Below are positions 48,299-58,653 of a stretch of 64,000 nt of DNA, piece after piece. A program made the position numbers and the translations under genes. The stretch covers positions 14,919-78,918 of the forward strand of contig CAYRHT010000003.1 of the NCBI GenBank assembly GCA_964424195.1, written 5' to 3'. Under the pieces are notes generated by a model. That model was not told the DNA's origin, ran no database searches, and was given only the letters and a program-made list of their open reading frames with translations. The stretch comes from an uncultured Gammaproteobacteria bacterium. Its GTDB lineage: Bacteria; Patescibacteriota; Patescibacteriia; UBA1558; S5-K13. Each line of letters starts with the position of its first letter. Within the stretch, counting starts at the first letter, position 1.

Positions 48299-50449
48299 CT
48301 AGTTTAAGTTTAAAGAAATAATCTTATTCTCTGATTGAATATATACTTTTTGAGCAGCACCATCAACAATAAAATTATTCATTACTGGGAGAGTGGGGAG
48401 ATAGAATTGATTAACTAATTCACCATTTTTGTTAATAACAATAATTCTTTTACTATTGCTATCCATTAAATATATTTCATTAATACTAGTATCAGTAAAT
48501 ATCTCATCTATATTCTTTACTAAAGGATCAATCTCTTCTACTTCAAAGTTTTCTGAGCTACCAGTATAGAATCTCTTAACTTCACCACTTCCAGTAGCTA
48601 TATAGATATTACCATCAATGGTAATTGCTTGAGCTTCATTTAAATTAGTATTATCAGTAATCCAAGCATTTCCTTTACCAAATGATGTATCACCTTGGTT
48701 ATGTTTGTAGATTTGATTATTCTGACTATCTAAAATATATATCTTATCATTATAGATCATTAAATCATCAGCATTTTTGTAGTTAGGATGATAGGTAATA
48801 GTTATTTCTTCAGCACTTTGGTCATCTAAGTTTATTTTTACAACTTGATCATTATTCTTTAGTCCATAAACAAATTCATTATCTTTATCAAATGATTTAA
48901 TGTTTTCATAACTGATACTATTCTGAGATAGTTTTTCTATTGTTTTAGATTTTAAGTTTAAAGATGAGAATTGACCAGAATTACTTCCTAGAGCAATTAA
49001 ATTATTACCATGTTTTACTATTTTAGCTGGAGTAAATTCAAATTCAGCAATAACTTCTGGTTCTTTGATAGTATTTAATTTCCTAGTTTGATTTAAAGTT
49101 TTAGTAAATTTATCTAAGATTTCATTAAATTTCTCTTTTTGATCTTTAGTTCTTTGAGGAAGTTCATTAATTAAAGTAGATATTTCATCTAGCTTGTCTT
49201 TAGCTTGACCACTATCATTGTAGATTAATAGTAGGTCATATTCTTCTTGTTTTTCATCTATATTCTTAATTATCTCTTGATAGGTTTCTTTTTCTAGCTT
49301 TAATTTCTTCTGATTATTCATTAGGAGAATACTAATTAGAAAAGCTAGGAGAATGACAATAGCTATAATTACTATATTCCGACCACCATTAATTTTAGCA
49401 ATAGATTTTTTAGATATTGGAGTTGGAGGAGTAAGCTTGTTAGGAGTCTTTGTCTTAGGAATAGAGATTTGTTTAATCTTTTTCTTAATAGTTAGTAAAA
49501 TATCTCTAATAAAGCTATATATTGCTTTAAAGGTTAGTTTAATAATATTAATAATTTGAGAAAATACTTTAGATTCTTTCTTCACTTTAGCTTCAGGAAG
49601 AGGAGTTTCAATGTCATCTACTAGAGGGGTTGATGATTTACCTTTACTTAGAATTTCTTCAGTAGATTGTTGAGATTGTAACAAATGATCAATTGATTCT
49701 TGAGATGATATATTGATACTAATTCCTTTTTTCCCTTTTCTTTCTGAAGAAGAAGTTTTTTCTTTAGAGCTTTTTATCTTAGGAGTATATTTTGATAATT
49801 TGATAGAAACCAAACAGAAATTTTTGTTAATAACCTTATGAAGTAATTCTTTGAATTTTAAAATAATACCAGCGGGTTCATTATGAATAATTATTTTTTC
49901 AATTTGATCTTTTGATAAATGATCAAAGATAGTGTTAGTGGTAAAGAATAATAATTGATCAGGTTCAATATTACCACTGAGAATATTAGTAAATGTTTTG
50001 TTAACAGTAGGTTTATCAATATTAGATTCTAGATAATCAAAAATATTAATTAACTTGTTATTACTAGTAGTCCAAGCAGAGATACTTCCTAAAGGACTAA
50101 AGTATACTTCTTGACGATAGACTATGGCAATTAAAGCATTAAACTTCTTTAACCAGTTATTATCTATCTCAGTAATCATTGGTAGATTTTCATTAGTCTC
50201 TTCTAGAATGTTTTCTAGAATAGCTTCTTGATCTATCAGAGTTGATTTATAGTAGAGTTTATGAATTTTTTGAATCAAAAGATTTCCTAGTTCTTTAGGA
50301 TTTTTAGTTGTTTCCGGAAAGTCTAATAATACTACTAGTTTCCCTTTATCTTTTTGTCCTTCATTCGGAGATCCAGTGTAAATAAAAGCACCATGATCAG
50401 AGTCCTGAGAGTTAATTAGAAGCTTATTTGTTTTTAAGATGTATTTCAT
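48299..50449 (-). CDS. Hypothetical single-pass membrane protein; possible degenerate PP2C-like N-domain and beta-propeller C-domain
   Basis: Central TM helix; C-terminal YILD..N.QIYK / IYLMD...RII repeats; domain names are inference. Confidence 0.65.
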   Translation of the reverse strand: MKYILKTNKLLINSQDSDHGAFIYTGSPNEGQKDKGKLVVLLDFPETTKNPKELGNLLIQKIHKLYYKSTLIDQEAILENILEETNENLPMITEIDNNWLKKFNALIAIVYRQEVYFSPLGSISAWTTSNNKLINIFDYLESNIDKPTVNKTFTNILSGNIEPDQLLFFTTNTIFDHLSKDQIEKIIIHNEPAGIILKFKELLHKVINKNFCLVSIKLSKYTPKIKSSKEKTSSSERKGKKGISINISSQESIDHLLQSQQSTEEILSKGKSSTPLVDDIETPLPEAKVKKESKVFSQIINIIKLTFKAIYSFIRDILLTIKKKIKQISIPKTKTPNKLTPPTPISKKSIAKINGGRNIVIIAIVILLAFLISILLMNNQKKLKLEKETYQEIIKNIDEKQEEYDLLLIYNDSGQAKDKLDEISTLINELPQRTKDQKEKFNEILDKFTKTLNQTRKLNTIKEPEVIAEFEFTPAKIVKHGNNLIALGSNSGQFSSLNLKSKTIEKLSQNSISYENIKSFDKDNEFVYGLKNNDQVVKINLDDQSAEEITITYHPNYKNADDLMIYNDKIYILDSQNNQIYKHNQGDTSFGKGNAWITDNTNLNEAQAITIDGNIYIATGSGEVKRFYTGSSENFEVEEIDPLVKNIDEIFTDTSINEIYLMDSNSKRIIVINKNGELVNQFYLPTLPVMNNFIVDGAAQKVYIQSENKIISLNLN

Positions 50450-50519
50450 ACTTGTTTACTATCTAAAAATATTATACTATAAATTTAGAATACTTCATAG
50501 TTAATTAAATACAATTTTT

Positions 50520-51086
50520 ATGATTGAACAACTTTTTGGATCAAAAACTAGAACAAAATTATTAAGACTTTTTTTCATGAGAAAAGAGGCTAAGTTTTAT
50601 GTTCGAGAAATTACTAGGTTAATTGATGAGAGAATTAACTCTGTTAGAAGAGAATTGGAAAACTTAAAGAAGTTTGGATTAATCAAAGATGAACTAGCTA
50701 ACAACAAAAGATACTATTTCTTGAATGAAGATTTTATACTATTTAAAGAATTAAAAGACTTAGTAATTAAGTCTCGGTTCTTTGTTGAAAAAGAATATAC
50801 TAAGAAATTTAAAAAACTTCCTGGTGTAAAGTATGTAGTTTTAACTGGTTACTTTGTAGGACTTAAAGAAAAGACTTTAACTGATATTTTAATTATTGGT
50901 AAGGTTGCTAAGTCTAAAGTAGAAACTATAGTCAATAATATGTCTAAAGAATTCTTAAATGATGTAAACTATACTATTATGGATATGAAAGAATACAAGT
51001 ATCGAAAGAATATGACTGATAAATTTTTGTATAATATATTAAAGAATAAGAAGATTGTAATAATTGATAAGATAGAAAATAAATAA
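50520..51086 (+). CDS. Winged-helix protein with nucleotidyltransferase-like C-terminal part
   Basis: LFGSKTRTKLL..F...FYVREITR...INSVRRELENL; DILIIG. Confidence 0.7.
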   Translation: MIEQLFGSKTRTKLLRLFFMRKEAKFYVREITRLIDERINSVRRELENLKKFGLIKDELANNKRYYFLNEDFILFKELKDLVIKSRFFVEKEYTKKFKKLPGVKYVVLTGYFVGLKEKTLTDILIIGKVAKSKVETIVNNMSKEFLNDVNYTIMDMKEYKYRKNMTDKFLYNILKNKKIVIIDKIENK

Positions 51087-51105
51087 TAAGTCGTTAGGAG
51101 GAGAA

Positions 51106-51357
51106 ATGTGTAAAGAAGAAATGATTGTAAGTGGTATTATGGCAAAGCCACCAGATTTTCAATGTTATGCTTGTGGATATGTTATTCCAGAAGTTCCTGA
51201 AATGGAAGCTAAAATAAGAAAATGTCCAGAATGTAATTCAACAAATGTTTTAGATCTTCATGATCAAAAGTTTGGAGAGAATATTCCAAAATATAAGCCT
51301 CAAGAGAATTGGCCTTTTGATTGTGAAGTTGATCCATTAAAGAAAAGTCTTTTTTAA
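51106..51357 (+). CDS. Small zinc-ribbon protein
   Basis: CYAC...CPEC; AGGAGG SD. Confidence 0.6.
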   Translation: MCKEEMIVSGIMAKPPDFQCYACGYVIPEVPEMEAKIRKCPECNSTNVLDLHDQKFGENIPKYKPQENWPFDCEVDPLKKSLF

Positions 51358-51405
51358 AATGAAAGTAGAAGGGAGTATTATCATTACTCCCTTTATTTAT
51401 AAATT

Positions 51406-51822
51406 ATGATTTTATACATCAATACTAGTATTAGAGAGTATTTAGAATTCGCTTTAGTAAATAAGGGGAAGGTTTTTTTGTTAAAGAAAAAAGTAGGAAT
51501 TAGACAGTCTGAGAAAGCCCTTAGTTTGTTAGATAGTTTTTTAAAGAAGAATAAGTTTAAACTTACAGATATTAAGAAAATAGTAGTAAACAGAGGACCA
51601 GGTTCTTTTACTTCAGTTCGTTTAGGGATTGTCTTAGCTAACACTTTAAGTTTAGGATTAAAAGTGTCTTTAGTTGGAATAGATAATCTAGAACTTAATA
51701 ACAATGAAGATTATTTAAATTTAAATAAATTAAAGTTTTCTAAAGATTTTGTTAGACCATATTATGATCGAGATCCAGATATTACTAAGAGTAAGAAGAA
51801 AGGGTTAAAAATTAAGAAATAA
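51406..51822 (+). CDS. tsaB: t6A biosynthesis protein TsaB (short form)
   Basis: ILYINTS...VNRGPGSFTSVRLG. Confidence 0.85.
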   Translation: MILYINTSIREYLEFALVNKGKVFLLKKKVGIRQSEKALSLLDSFLKKNKFKLTDIKKIVVNRGPGSFTSVRLGIVLANTLSLGLKVSLVGIDNLELNNNEDYLNLNKLKFSKDFVRPYYDRDPDITKSKKKGLKIKK

Positions 51823-51826
51823 GATT

Positions 51827-52150
51827 ATGAAGAAAAAATATTATAAAATTTTAATTGCTGTTCCTCGGGAAAAAGAAGCTCAAGACATTACTCAAGAACT
51901 TCTAGAAAAGAAATTAATTGCTGGCGGTTATATTACTAAGGGCTTATCTATGCATTGGTGGAAGGATAAGATTAATAAAGAAGATTATTGGAGTATTAGA
52001 GTTTATTCAGTAATAAGTAATAAGGATGAAATTATTGAGGTTGTGAAAGAGATGAGTAGTGATGAGGTGCCAGGGATAATTTTTTTCAAAATTGATGACG
52101 GGAATCAAGATTTTTTGGATTGGATAGGAGAGAATATAAAGACAAATTAA
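51827..52150 (+). CDS. cutA: Divalent-cation tolerance protein CutA
   Basis: LLEKKLIAG...S.HWWKDKI...EVPGII...GNQDFLDWI. Confidence 0.8.
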   Translation: MKKKYYKILIAVPREKEAQDITQELLEKKLIAGGYITKGLSMHWWKDKINKEDYWSIRVYSVISNKDEIIEVVKEMSSDEVPGIIFFKIDDGNQDFLDWIGENIKTN

Positions 52151-52159
52151 ACTAATTTT

Positions 52160-52597
52160 ATGAAAATAGGGGTAAACTATATCGGAGTATGTATATGTTA
52201 TTTTTGTCATGATGGACAAGGTAATTTTGTAATGAATAAAAGAGGAGAAAAGTGTCGAGATGAAATTGGTAGATGGGATACTGGTGGAGGAGCTTTTGAA
52301 GTACATGAAAGCATAGAAGATAGATTAAGAACAGAAATTGAAGAAGAGTTTTGTACAGATGTTTTGGAATATGAATTTTTAGGCTACAGAGATGTTCATC
52401 GGGTTAATAAAGGAGTAAAAACTCATTGGTTGGCTTTGGACTTTAAAGTTTTAGTTGATAAAGAAAAGGTAGAAAATGGAGAACCTCATAAATTTGATGA
52501 ATTAAAGTGGTTTACTCTAGATAATAGACCAATTGATGAAGAATTGCATTCAGCTATTCCTCATTTTTTTGAAAAATACGAAGATAAATTAAAATGA
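52160..52597 (+). CDS. NUDIX hydrolase
   Basis: GGAFEVHESIEDRLRTEIEEE Nudix box variant; EPHK. Confidence 0.85.
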   Translation: MKIGVNYIGVCICYFCHDGQGNFVMNKRGEKCRDEIGRWDTGGGAFEVHESIEDRLRTEIEEEFCTDVLEYEFLGYRDVHRVNKGVKTHWLALDFKVLVDKEKVENGEPHKFDELKWFTLDNRPIDEELHSAIPHFFEKYEDKLK

Positions 52598-53823
52598 ATG
52601 ATAGAATAAAAATAGCAGTGATTGGTGGTGGACCAGCCGGAATGATGTCTGCTATTCAAGCTTCTGATGAAAGATCAGAAGTCTTTTTATTTGAAAAAAA
52701 CTCTAGTTTAGGTAAAAAATTATTAATTACTGGTAAGGGAAGGTGTAATATTACTAATGAAGAAAAAGATGTCCGGAAATTTATTCAAGCTTTTGGTCAA
52801 AATGCTAAGTTTCTTTTTTCTCCATTTTCACAATTTTTTAATGAAGACCTATTACAATTTTTTAAAGACAAAGGGTTAGAATTTGATTATGAAAGGGGAG
52901 GAAGGGTTTTTCCAAAGAGTGATAATTCTAATGATATTTTAGATGTTTTAAAACTATATTTAAAAGAAAAGAAAGTTAATTTGAAGATGGGTAAAGAGTT
53001 AAAAGATATTAAGGTTAAGGATGAGAAGTTTATTTTAAAGTTTGTTGATGGAGAATTTATAGGTGATAAAGTTATAATCTCCTGTGGTGGTAAATCTTAT
53101 CCCGGAACTGGTTCTAGCGGAGAGATATTTGGAATTATTAAGAAATTAGGTCATCAAGTAGTAGAACTTAAACCATCTTTAGTACCTATTTTAGTTAAGG
53201 AACCCTGGGTAAAAGACTTAGAAGGACTATCTTTGAAAAATGTAGAAGCTAAGATTATTAAGAATGACAAGGTATTAGAATCTCGTTTTGGGGAAATGGT
53301 TTTTACTGATCGAGGAGTATCTGGTCCAATTATACTATCTCTCAGTAAATATATTTGTCGGATAGATTTGAAAAATACTTTCTTAAGTATTGATTTTAAA
53401 CCAGCTTTAAATTCTGAACAATTAACTCAGCGAATTAGAAGAGAAATGGAAGAACAAAATATTATTTACAAAAACCTATTAAAATTACTTTTACCGAATA
53501 AAGTTATTCCCTATTTTCTAAAGTTTATTCAGATTAAAGAAGATCAAAAGATTAAACATTTGAATAAGGAAGAAATTAAAAACATTATTGAATTGTTAAA
53601 AGATTTTAGATTTAAAATAGATTCTTTATCTAATTTTGGACATGCAATTGTTACTTCTGGAGGAGTTAGTATTAAAGAGATTAATCCGAAGACTATGGAA
53701 TCTAAATTAATACCAGGATTATATTTTGCTGGTGAAGTAATAGATTTAGATGCAGAAACCGGAGGTTATAATCTTCAAGCCGCTTTTTCTACTGGTTATC
53801 TGGCTGGAGTTAGTAGTAGGTAA
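52594..53823 (+). CDS. HI0933/YhiN-family flavoprotein
   Basis: GGGPAG, KLLITGKGRCNITN, GGYNLQAAFSTG. Confidence 0.92.
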   Translation: MNDRIKIAVIGGGPAGMMSAIQASDERSEVFLFEKNSSLGKKLLITGKGRCNITNEEKDVRKFIQAFGQNAKFLFSPFSQFFNEDLLQFFKDKGLEFDYERGGRVFPKSDNSNDILDVLKLYLKEKKVNLKMGKELKDIKVKDEKFILKFVDGEFIGDKVIISCGGKSYPGTGSSGEIFGIIKKLGHQVVELKPSLVPILVKEPWVKDLEGLSLKNVEAKIIKNDKVLESRFGEMVFTDRGVSGPIILSLSKYICRIDLKNTFLSIDFKPALNSEQLTQRIRREMEEQNIIYKNLLKLLLPNKVIPYFLKFIQIKEDQKIKHLNKEEIKNIIELLKDFRFKIDSLSNFGHAIVTSGGVSIKEINPKTMESKLIPGLYFAGEVIDLDAETGGYNLQAAFSTGYLAGVSSR

Positions 53824-53891
53824 TAAGAAATTAAATTTTAAGATAAAGAAAAATGCCATTAGGTTTATCCTAACGGCATTTGTGTTTTTAA

Positions 53892-54296
53892 TTATTTTGT
53901 AATGTTTTTTAGACACACAAGGTCTTTCTCCGGAATGAAAAAGAGTGCATCTTTATCTCCTTGTTTAATGCTTTTTGAGCAATAGGCAATATCTTCAGGA
54001 TTTATTTCAAGTCCTTTAGATATGTCTTCAAGAATTGTTTGAGCTCTGGCAACGGATCGATCTCCGGATAGTAGAAATGCTCTTATTTCTCCATCAGTCT
54101 CTATTTGTCTTTCTTCTAAATCTCTGGATTTGCAAAACTCTCGAATTTGTTTTGGTTTCAGAGTTTCAACAATGTCTTTTTTAAATTTAAATTCAGACTT
54201 TTGAGATTTTTTTAATAAAACGGTTCTGATTTGCTCCGGAATCCCCTTTGTATTTAATGAGAAATGCGGATTGAGAATTACTAGACAATAAATCAT
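53892..54296 (-). CDS. Hypothetical protein (cassette)
   Basis: AGGAGG SD; hairpin terminator at about 53850-53881. Confidence 0.6.
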   Translation of the reverse strand: MIYCLVILNPHFSLNTKGIPEQIRTVLLKKSQKSEFKFKKDIVETLKPKQIREFCKSRDLEERQIETDGEIRAFLLSGDRSVARAQTILEDISKGLEINPEDIAYCSKSIKQGDKDALFFIPEKDLVCLKNITK

Positions 54297-54413
54297 TTCT
54301 TCCTCCTATTTTTTTCTAAAACAATTTTATCATAGAATGCTGGAAAGTCAATCTTTAATTGAGAAAGAAAAAAAAGCGATACAACTTGCACCGCTTATTT
54401 TGATAATTAAAAA

Positions 54414-54563
54414 TTACTTATCTCGATGATGATTTATCTCCCCGTTTGCTTCTCGGGTTGCATAACGAGAATGAGGTCCATTACACTTTTTTTTACATTT
54501 TTTTGCTAAATCTTTTGCTGTCGGTGGTGGTGATTCATTACCCTTAATGATTGATTTTGGCAT
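54414..54563 (-). CDS. Small basic protein MPKSIIKGNESPPPTAKDLAKKCKKKCNGPHSRYATREANGEINHHRDK (49 aa, not in ORF track)
   Basis: Manual translation; AGGAGG SD upstream; AAGCG/CGCTT hairpin with U-tract downstream. Confidence 0.55.
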   Translation of the reverse strand: MPKSIIKGNESPPPTAKDLAKKCKKKCNGPHSRYATREANGEINHHRDK

Positions 54564-54703
54564 TTTTACCTCCTAATTTTTTTATTTCAATATCAATATA
54601 CTAGAGAATTGAATTTAAAGCAAATATTTATTCTTCATAAAAGGCGTTAATTATATAAAATAAAAAAGAGTTCCTTTAAAAGGCGGAACTCTTTGTAATG
54701 CAA

Positions 54704-54928
54704 TTAAGTAGTAAGTCTTGGTTCTTCAGAATCTTCCCAATTACCCTTGAAAGGTTCTAAATTTAGTAGCACAGGAGGTTCTAGAGCTAAACCATTTCTT
54801 GGAGGATTTTTCCATCCCTTTTCCCCTAAATCCTTTTCAGGAGGATAATAGAATCCCCAAACTTCTCCTTCTTCATTTGTTACAACATGGTCCACATCTT
54901 TGGGAACCTTAGACCAATTATATTTCAT
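54704..54928 (-). CDS. Small Trp/Pro-rich hypothetical protein, phage-like
   Basis: W..VP....V.N..G.VW....P...W...W..S...R pattern; GGGGG SD supports the second ATG. Confidence 0.55.
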   Translation of the reverse strand: MKYNWSKVPKDVDHVVTNEEGEVWGFYYPPEKDLGEKGWKNPPRNGLALEPPVLLNLEPFKGNWEDSEEPRLTT

Positions 54929-54980
54929 CTTTCCCCCTTTGTTTTTCATTTTCCTTAAATCATTTTAACATGAAAAAGTA

Positions 54981-55661
54981 TTAAAGCAAGGTTTTAGCAT
55001 TTTTTATTTCTCTAAAATTCCCTAGTTTTAAATTCCCTAGTTTGTATTTTCCAATTTGAATCCTTTTTAAATTGTATGTTCCAGAGCCTACGGCTTGAAT
55101 CATTAATCTAATTTGTCTCTTTCTTCCTTCTGAGATTGTTATATGTAATTTGTTTTTACCAACTTCTTTTACTTTAGCTGGAAATGTTTTCTTATTCTCA
55201 ATCATAATACCATCTCTGAGTCTTTGGACATCTTGGGGGCTAATAGCTCTATTTAACATTGCTTCATAGGTCTTAGGAAGCTTGTATTTAGGATGAGTAA
55301 TTTTGTTAAGCCAGTCTCCATCATTAGTCATAAATATTAATCCTTCAGAATCATAATCTAATCGACCAACATATTTAAGGTTTTGATACTTATCAGGAAG
55401 AAGACTGTAAATTGTTCTTCGATCATGAGTGTCTGTTTTAGTAACTAAATACTCTTTGGGCTTATTCACAGCTAAGTATATCTTTTCACTATCAGAGTCT
55501 ACTTTTTGACCTTTGTATTCTACTAGGTCACCTTCTATAATTTGAGTACCTAAATCAGTACATATTTTTTCATTAACTTTAACATCACCATCTTTAACAA
55601 ACTCTTCAACTTTACGTCGAGAGCCTAAATTACATTGAGCTAAATATTTATTGATTCGCAT
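54981..55661 (-). CDS. rRNA pseudouridine synthase (RsuA/RluB family)
   Basis: S4 domain, VGRLDYDSEGL, EGRKRQIRLM. Confidence 0.92.
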   Translation of the reverse strand: MRINKYLAQCNLGSRRKVEEFVKDGDVKVNEKICTDLGTQIIEGDLVEYKGQKVDSDSEKIYLAVNKPKEYLVTKTDTHDRRTIYSLLPDKYQNLKYVGRLDYDSEGLIFMTNDGDWLNKITHPKYKLPKTYEAMLNRAISPQDVQRLRDGIMIENKKTFPAKVKEVGKNKLHITISEGRKRQIRLMIQAVGSGTYNLKRIQIGKYKLGNLKLGNFREIKNAKTLL

Positions 55662-55780
55662 TTAAGTTGTATTAATTATTATAATCTAAGTATAGAGCAT
55701 AGTAGCAGAAGTTTAAAGCTTTTATTAAAAAAAGGGAAGACTATGAGAGTCTTCCCGGAATTATTTTACTTCAGCAAATT

Positions 55781-56890
55781 TTATTTAATTCGTTGAAGCG
55801 CTACTTTAGGATCAAAGCCATTTTTGAAAAGCGTTGATCCGTAATCTTCTTTCACACCATCTGACTGATAATGTCTGGAATTGTAGATATTATGCCAGAA
55901 GATAATTTTGATGTAGGTCTGATTCATGGACTGAAGACTCACTAAATAATTAGCTTGTCCTTCTTCGTTCATAGTCTGAGTTCGTAGGAATATTGTATCC
56001 CATCCTCGAAATACGTGATCGTATTGTAGAGGATATAGAATTGATGGACAACTGGTTTCACCGATAATTATTTGTTTTCCTGTGACACCGTGCACCATTT
56101 CTAAGAAGCTGATTAAAGTGCTTTCTAATTTTGCTTCAATTTCCGAAACAGTAGGAATAGCCGAGTCACTAAAATTAACCGCATACCAAGTTACACCAGT
56201 GTAATCCCAAAGTTGATGAAATTCATTAGTGATGTGAGAAAACTCATCATTCGTAGTCCCAGCAATGTAATAGACTAAGGACTCAGAATATGAATTTCTA
56301 ACTTCAGTAACCAAGTTTGACCAATGACCATTATATTCCGGCCAAGTTAATTTTGTTAGTTCTTGCCCGATATTCAATAATTCAATTCCGTTGCTTTGAG
56401 CAAATTCACTGCAAATTGCAACTTCTGTGGTTAAGTTTTCAAACCAGAGATCAGGATTAGATGGATCAATGTCGATTTTTGGACCATCAACATAACCATC
56501 ACACCAACCACCAGCCTGTTCTATCATCGGTAGAACTTCGAAACTTAATTGAACTTGAAGTCCGAAACTACGGGCATGATTAATCAATTCTGTCAGTTCA
56601 TCTTCAGTAAATGAATCAATGGAAAGAAATGATCTAACAAATTCATTGCTCTGATATTCAATTTGGTAAACATTCCAAAAGAAAGTTACCCATTGAGCAT
56701 CATTATCAGCTAAAATTTCTGTCCGTTCTTTGATATCATCAATACTCTCATTTTGATGATAGTTTCCGGTATATTTCCGATCAAAGTTAGCTCCGATAGG
56801 AATTTTTCTTTGAACATCAATTGCTGGGCCCGTAGGATTTTCACAAGCAGCAATTAAAATTGCCACCATCAAAACAAATATAGTTTTCAT
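55781..56890 (-). CDS. Lipoprotein glycoside hydrolase, GH113-like TIM barrel
   Basis: Lipobox LIAAC; LINHARSFGLQV, IGQEL, W..LVTEVR..Y, IIIGETS. Confidence 0.7.
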   Translation of the reverse strand: MKTIFVLMVAILIAACENPTGPAIDVQRKIPIGANFDRKYTGNYHQNESIDDIKERTEILADNDAQWVTFFWNVYQIEYQSNEFVRSFLSIDSFTEDELTELINHARSFGLQVQLSFEVLPMIEQAGGWCDGYVDGPKIDIDPSNPDLWFENLTTEVAICSEFAQSNGIELLNIGQELTKLTWPEYNGHWSNLVTEVRNSYSESLVYYIAGTTNDEFSHITNEFHQLWDYTGVTWYAVNFSDSAIPTVSEIEAKLESTLISFLEMVHGVTGKQIIIGETSCPSILYPLQYDHVFRGWDTIFLRTQTMNEEGQANYLVSLQSMNQTYIKIIFWHNIYNSRHYQSDGVKEDYGSTLFKNGFDPKVALQRIK

Positions 56891-57084
56891 TATTCCTCCT
56901 AATATTTTATTTTTATTTTTTATTAATCTTTTGTTAAAAAAGCTTAATATATTATATTACACTATTTCCTTTTTTTGTCAATATTAGATATAATATAAAA
57001 AGAGGATTGAATTATGTGAAAAGTACTACTTGACTTTTTATGTAATTTGTGATATATTAGAATAATGATAATATATATAAATAC

Positions 57085-58533
57085 ATGAGTATTTTTAAAA
57101 GAAAAATTAAAGATTCTGATGCTGATGGAATTCTAGATAAAGACGAAAAAGCATTAGGAACAAATCCTAAAAATCCGGATACAGATCGGGATGGTCTTGG
57201 TGATTATCAGGAAGTTAATGTCTATGGAACTAATCCTTTAAATCCTGATTCAGACGGAGATGGAATGACTGATGGTAAAGAAGTAAGAACTGGTCGAAAT
57301 CCACTTGGTCCTGGATTATTAAAAGATTTATTCATTCCTTGTGAAGCTAATAACTACCGACCTCAAGCTTTAAGACCTCAGAGATTATTCTTCTATACTC
57401 TTAGTGCTTTAATGATGAAAGCTATTATTATATTTTTTGTGATTAGTTTACCTTTAACAGCTTGGTTAACTCCAGATTTAATGAGAGAACAAGCTAATAG
57501 AATTATTAGTTTAACTAACGGAATTAGAAGTAATTTAGGTATTACTATTTTAGTTGAGAATGATCTATTAAATATCTCTGCTTACAACAAAGCTCAGGAT
57601 ATGTTAGTTAACCAATATTTTGCTCATGTTAGTTCTGATGGAAAAAGAGTAGGAGCTTGGTTAAAGAGCATTGGTTACGATTATCAAGTAGCTGGAGAAA
57701 ATCTAGCTATGGGTTTTAGTAGCGCTGAGAATGTTGTTAATGCTTGGACTAAGAGTGAAACTCATTATCAGAATATGATTGATCCTGATTTTACAGAAAT
57801 TGGTGTGGGAGTAATTGCTGGTAATTATATTGATAAAGAAACTACTTTAGTAGCTCAACACTTTGGATCTCCTAAGGTCATTGTTAATACTGAAGATATT
57901 AGATTACCAGTAGAAGAAGTAGTTGAAACTGAAGAAGTAGTTGATGATATTGAAATTGAAGAATCTCCAATTTTAGATGACGGTTCTAGTGTTTTGTCTT
58001 TAAAAGAAGTAAGTCCAGAACCAGAGGTAAATTTAACTATTGATGAACCAGTAGCAAAAGCTGATAGTGTTATTAGAGCAGAAGTATCTTTAGAAGAAGA
58101 TATTGTATCAGCCGAGATTAATATTAATGAAAAAAGTATTCCTTTGAGTCAAGATTTTGAAGATCAAAAACTTTGGACTGGAAGTTTAATTATCCCTAAT
58201 GAAGAGATTGAAGGAGTTTTAGACCCAGTTGTTCCAGCTAGTATTAAAACTATAGATCAGGCAGGGAATATTAATTTATTTAATGCTGATTGGAATAATA
58301 TTAAACCTTTAAAAACTACTATATTAGATCAATATCTATTCTTGAAATCATATTCATCTAAATATGTTCAATGGTTATTTAGTTTAAGCGAAGGGTATTA
58401 CAAAGTCTTGTTAGTTATAACTTGCTTAGCCTTTGTTTTAAATATCTTTGTTAAAATTAGAAAACAAAACTTTCAGATTATACTTTCTTCAGCTTTGTTT
58501 ATTATCCTATTAACTTTATTACTTTTAGTTTAA
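57085..58533 (+). CDS. CAP/SCP-domain membrane protein with Ca-binding DxDxDG repeats
   Basis: DSDADG/DTDRDG/DSDGDG; KAQDM..YFAH, AGENLA, W.KSETHYQN. Confidence 0.85.
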   Translation: MSIFKRKIKDSDADGILDKDEKALGTNPKNPDTDRDGLGDYQEVNVYGTNPLNPDSDGDGMTDGKEVRTGRNPLGPGLLKDLFIPCEANNYRPQALRPQRLFFYTLSALMMKAIIIFFVISLPLTAWLTPDLMREQANRIISLTNGIRSNLGITILVENDLLNISAYNKAQDMLVNQYFAHVSSDGKRVGAWLKSIGYDYQVAGENLAMGFSSAENVVNAWTKSETHYQNMIDPDFTEIGVGVIAGNYIDKETTLVAQHFGSPKVIVNTEDIRLPVEEVVETEEVVDDIEIEESPILDDGSSVLSLKEVSPEPEVNLTIDEPVAKADSVIRAEVSLEEDIVSAEININEKSIPLSQDFEDQKLWTGSLIIPNEEIEGVLDPVVPASIKTIDQAGNINLFNADWNNIKPLKTTILDQYLFLKSYSSKYVQWLFSLSEGYYKVLLVITCLAFVLNIFVKIRKQNFQIILSSALFIILLTLLLLV

Positions 58534-58653
58534 AATATTGATTCTCAAGAAATGTGGAGTATTTTGCTTGACATTTTTTGTTAAGTATGATATAGTTCAA
58601 TATTACTTACAAATAAGTAATTGATAAATAATTAAGAAAATAATTAAAAAATT

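Noticed and set aside
53850-56900. Prophage or integron
   Set aside because: No integrase, structural phage genes or repeated attC sites are visible.
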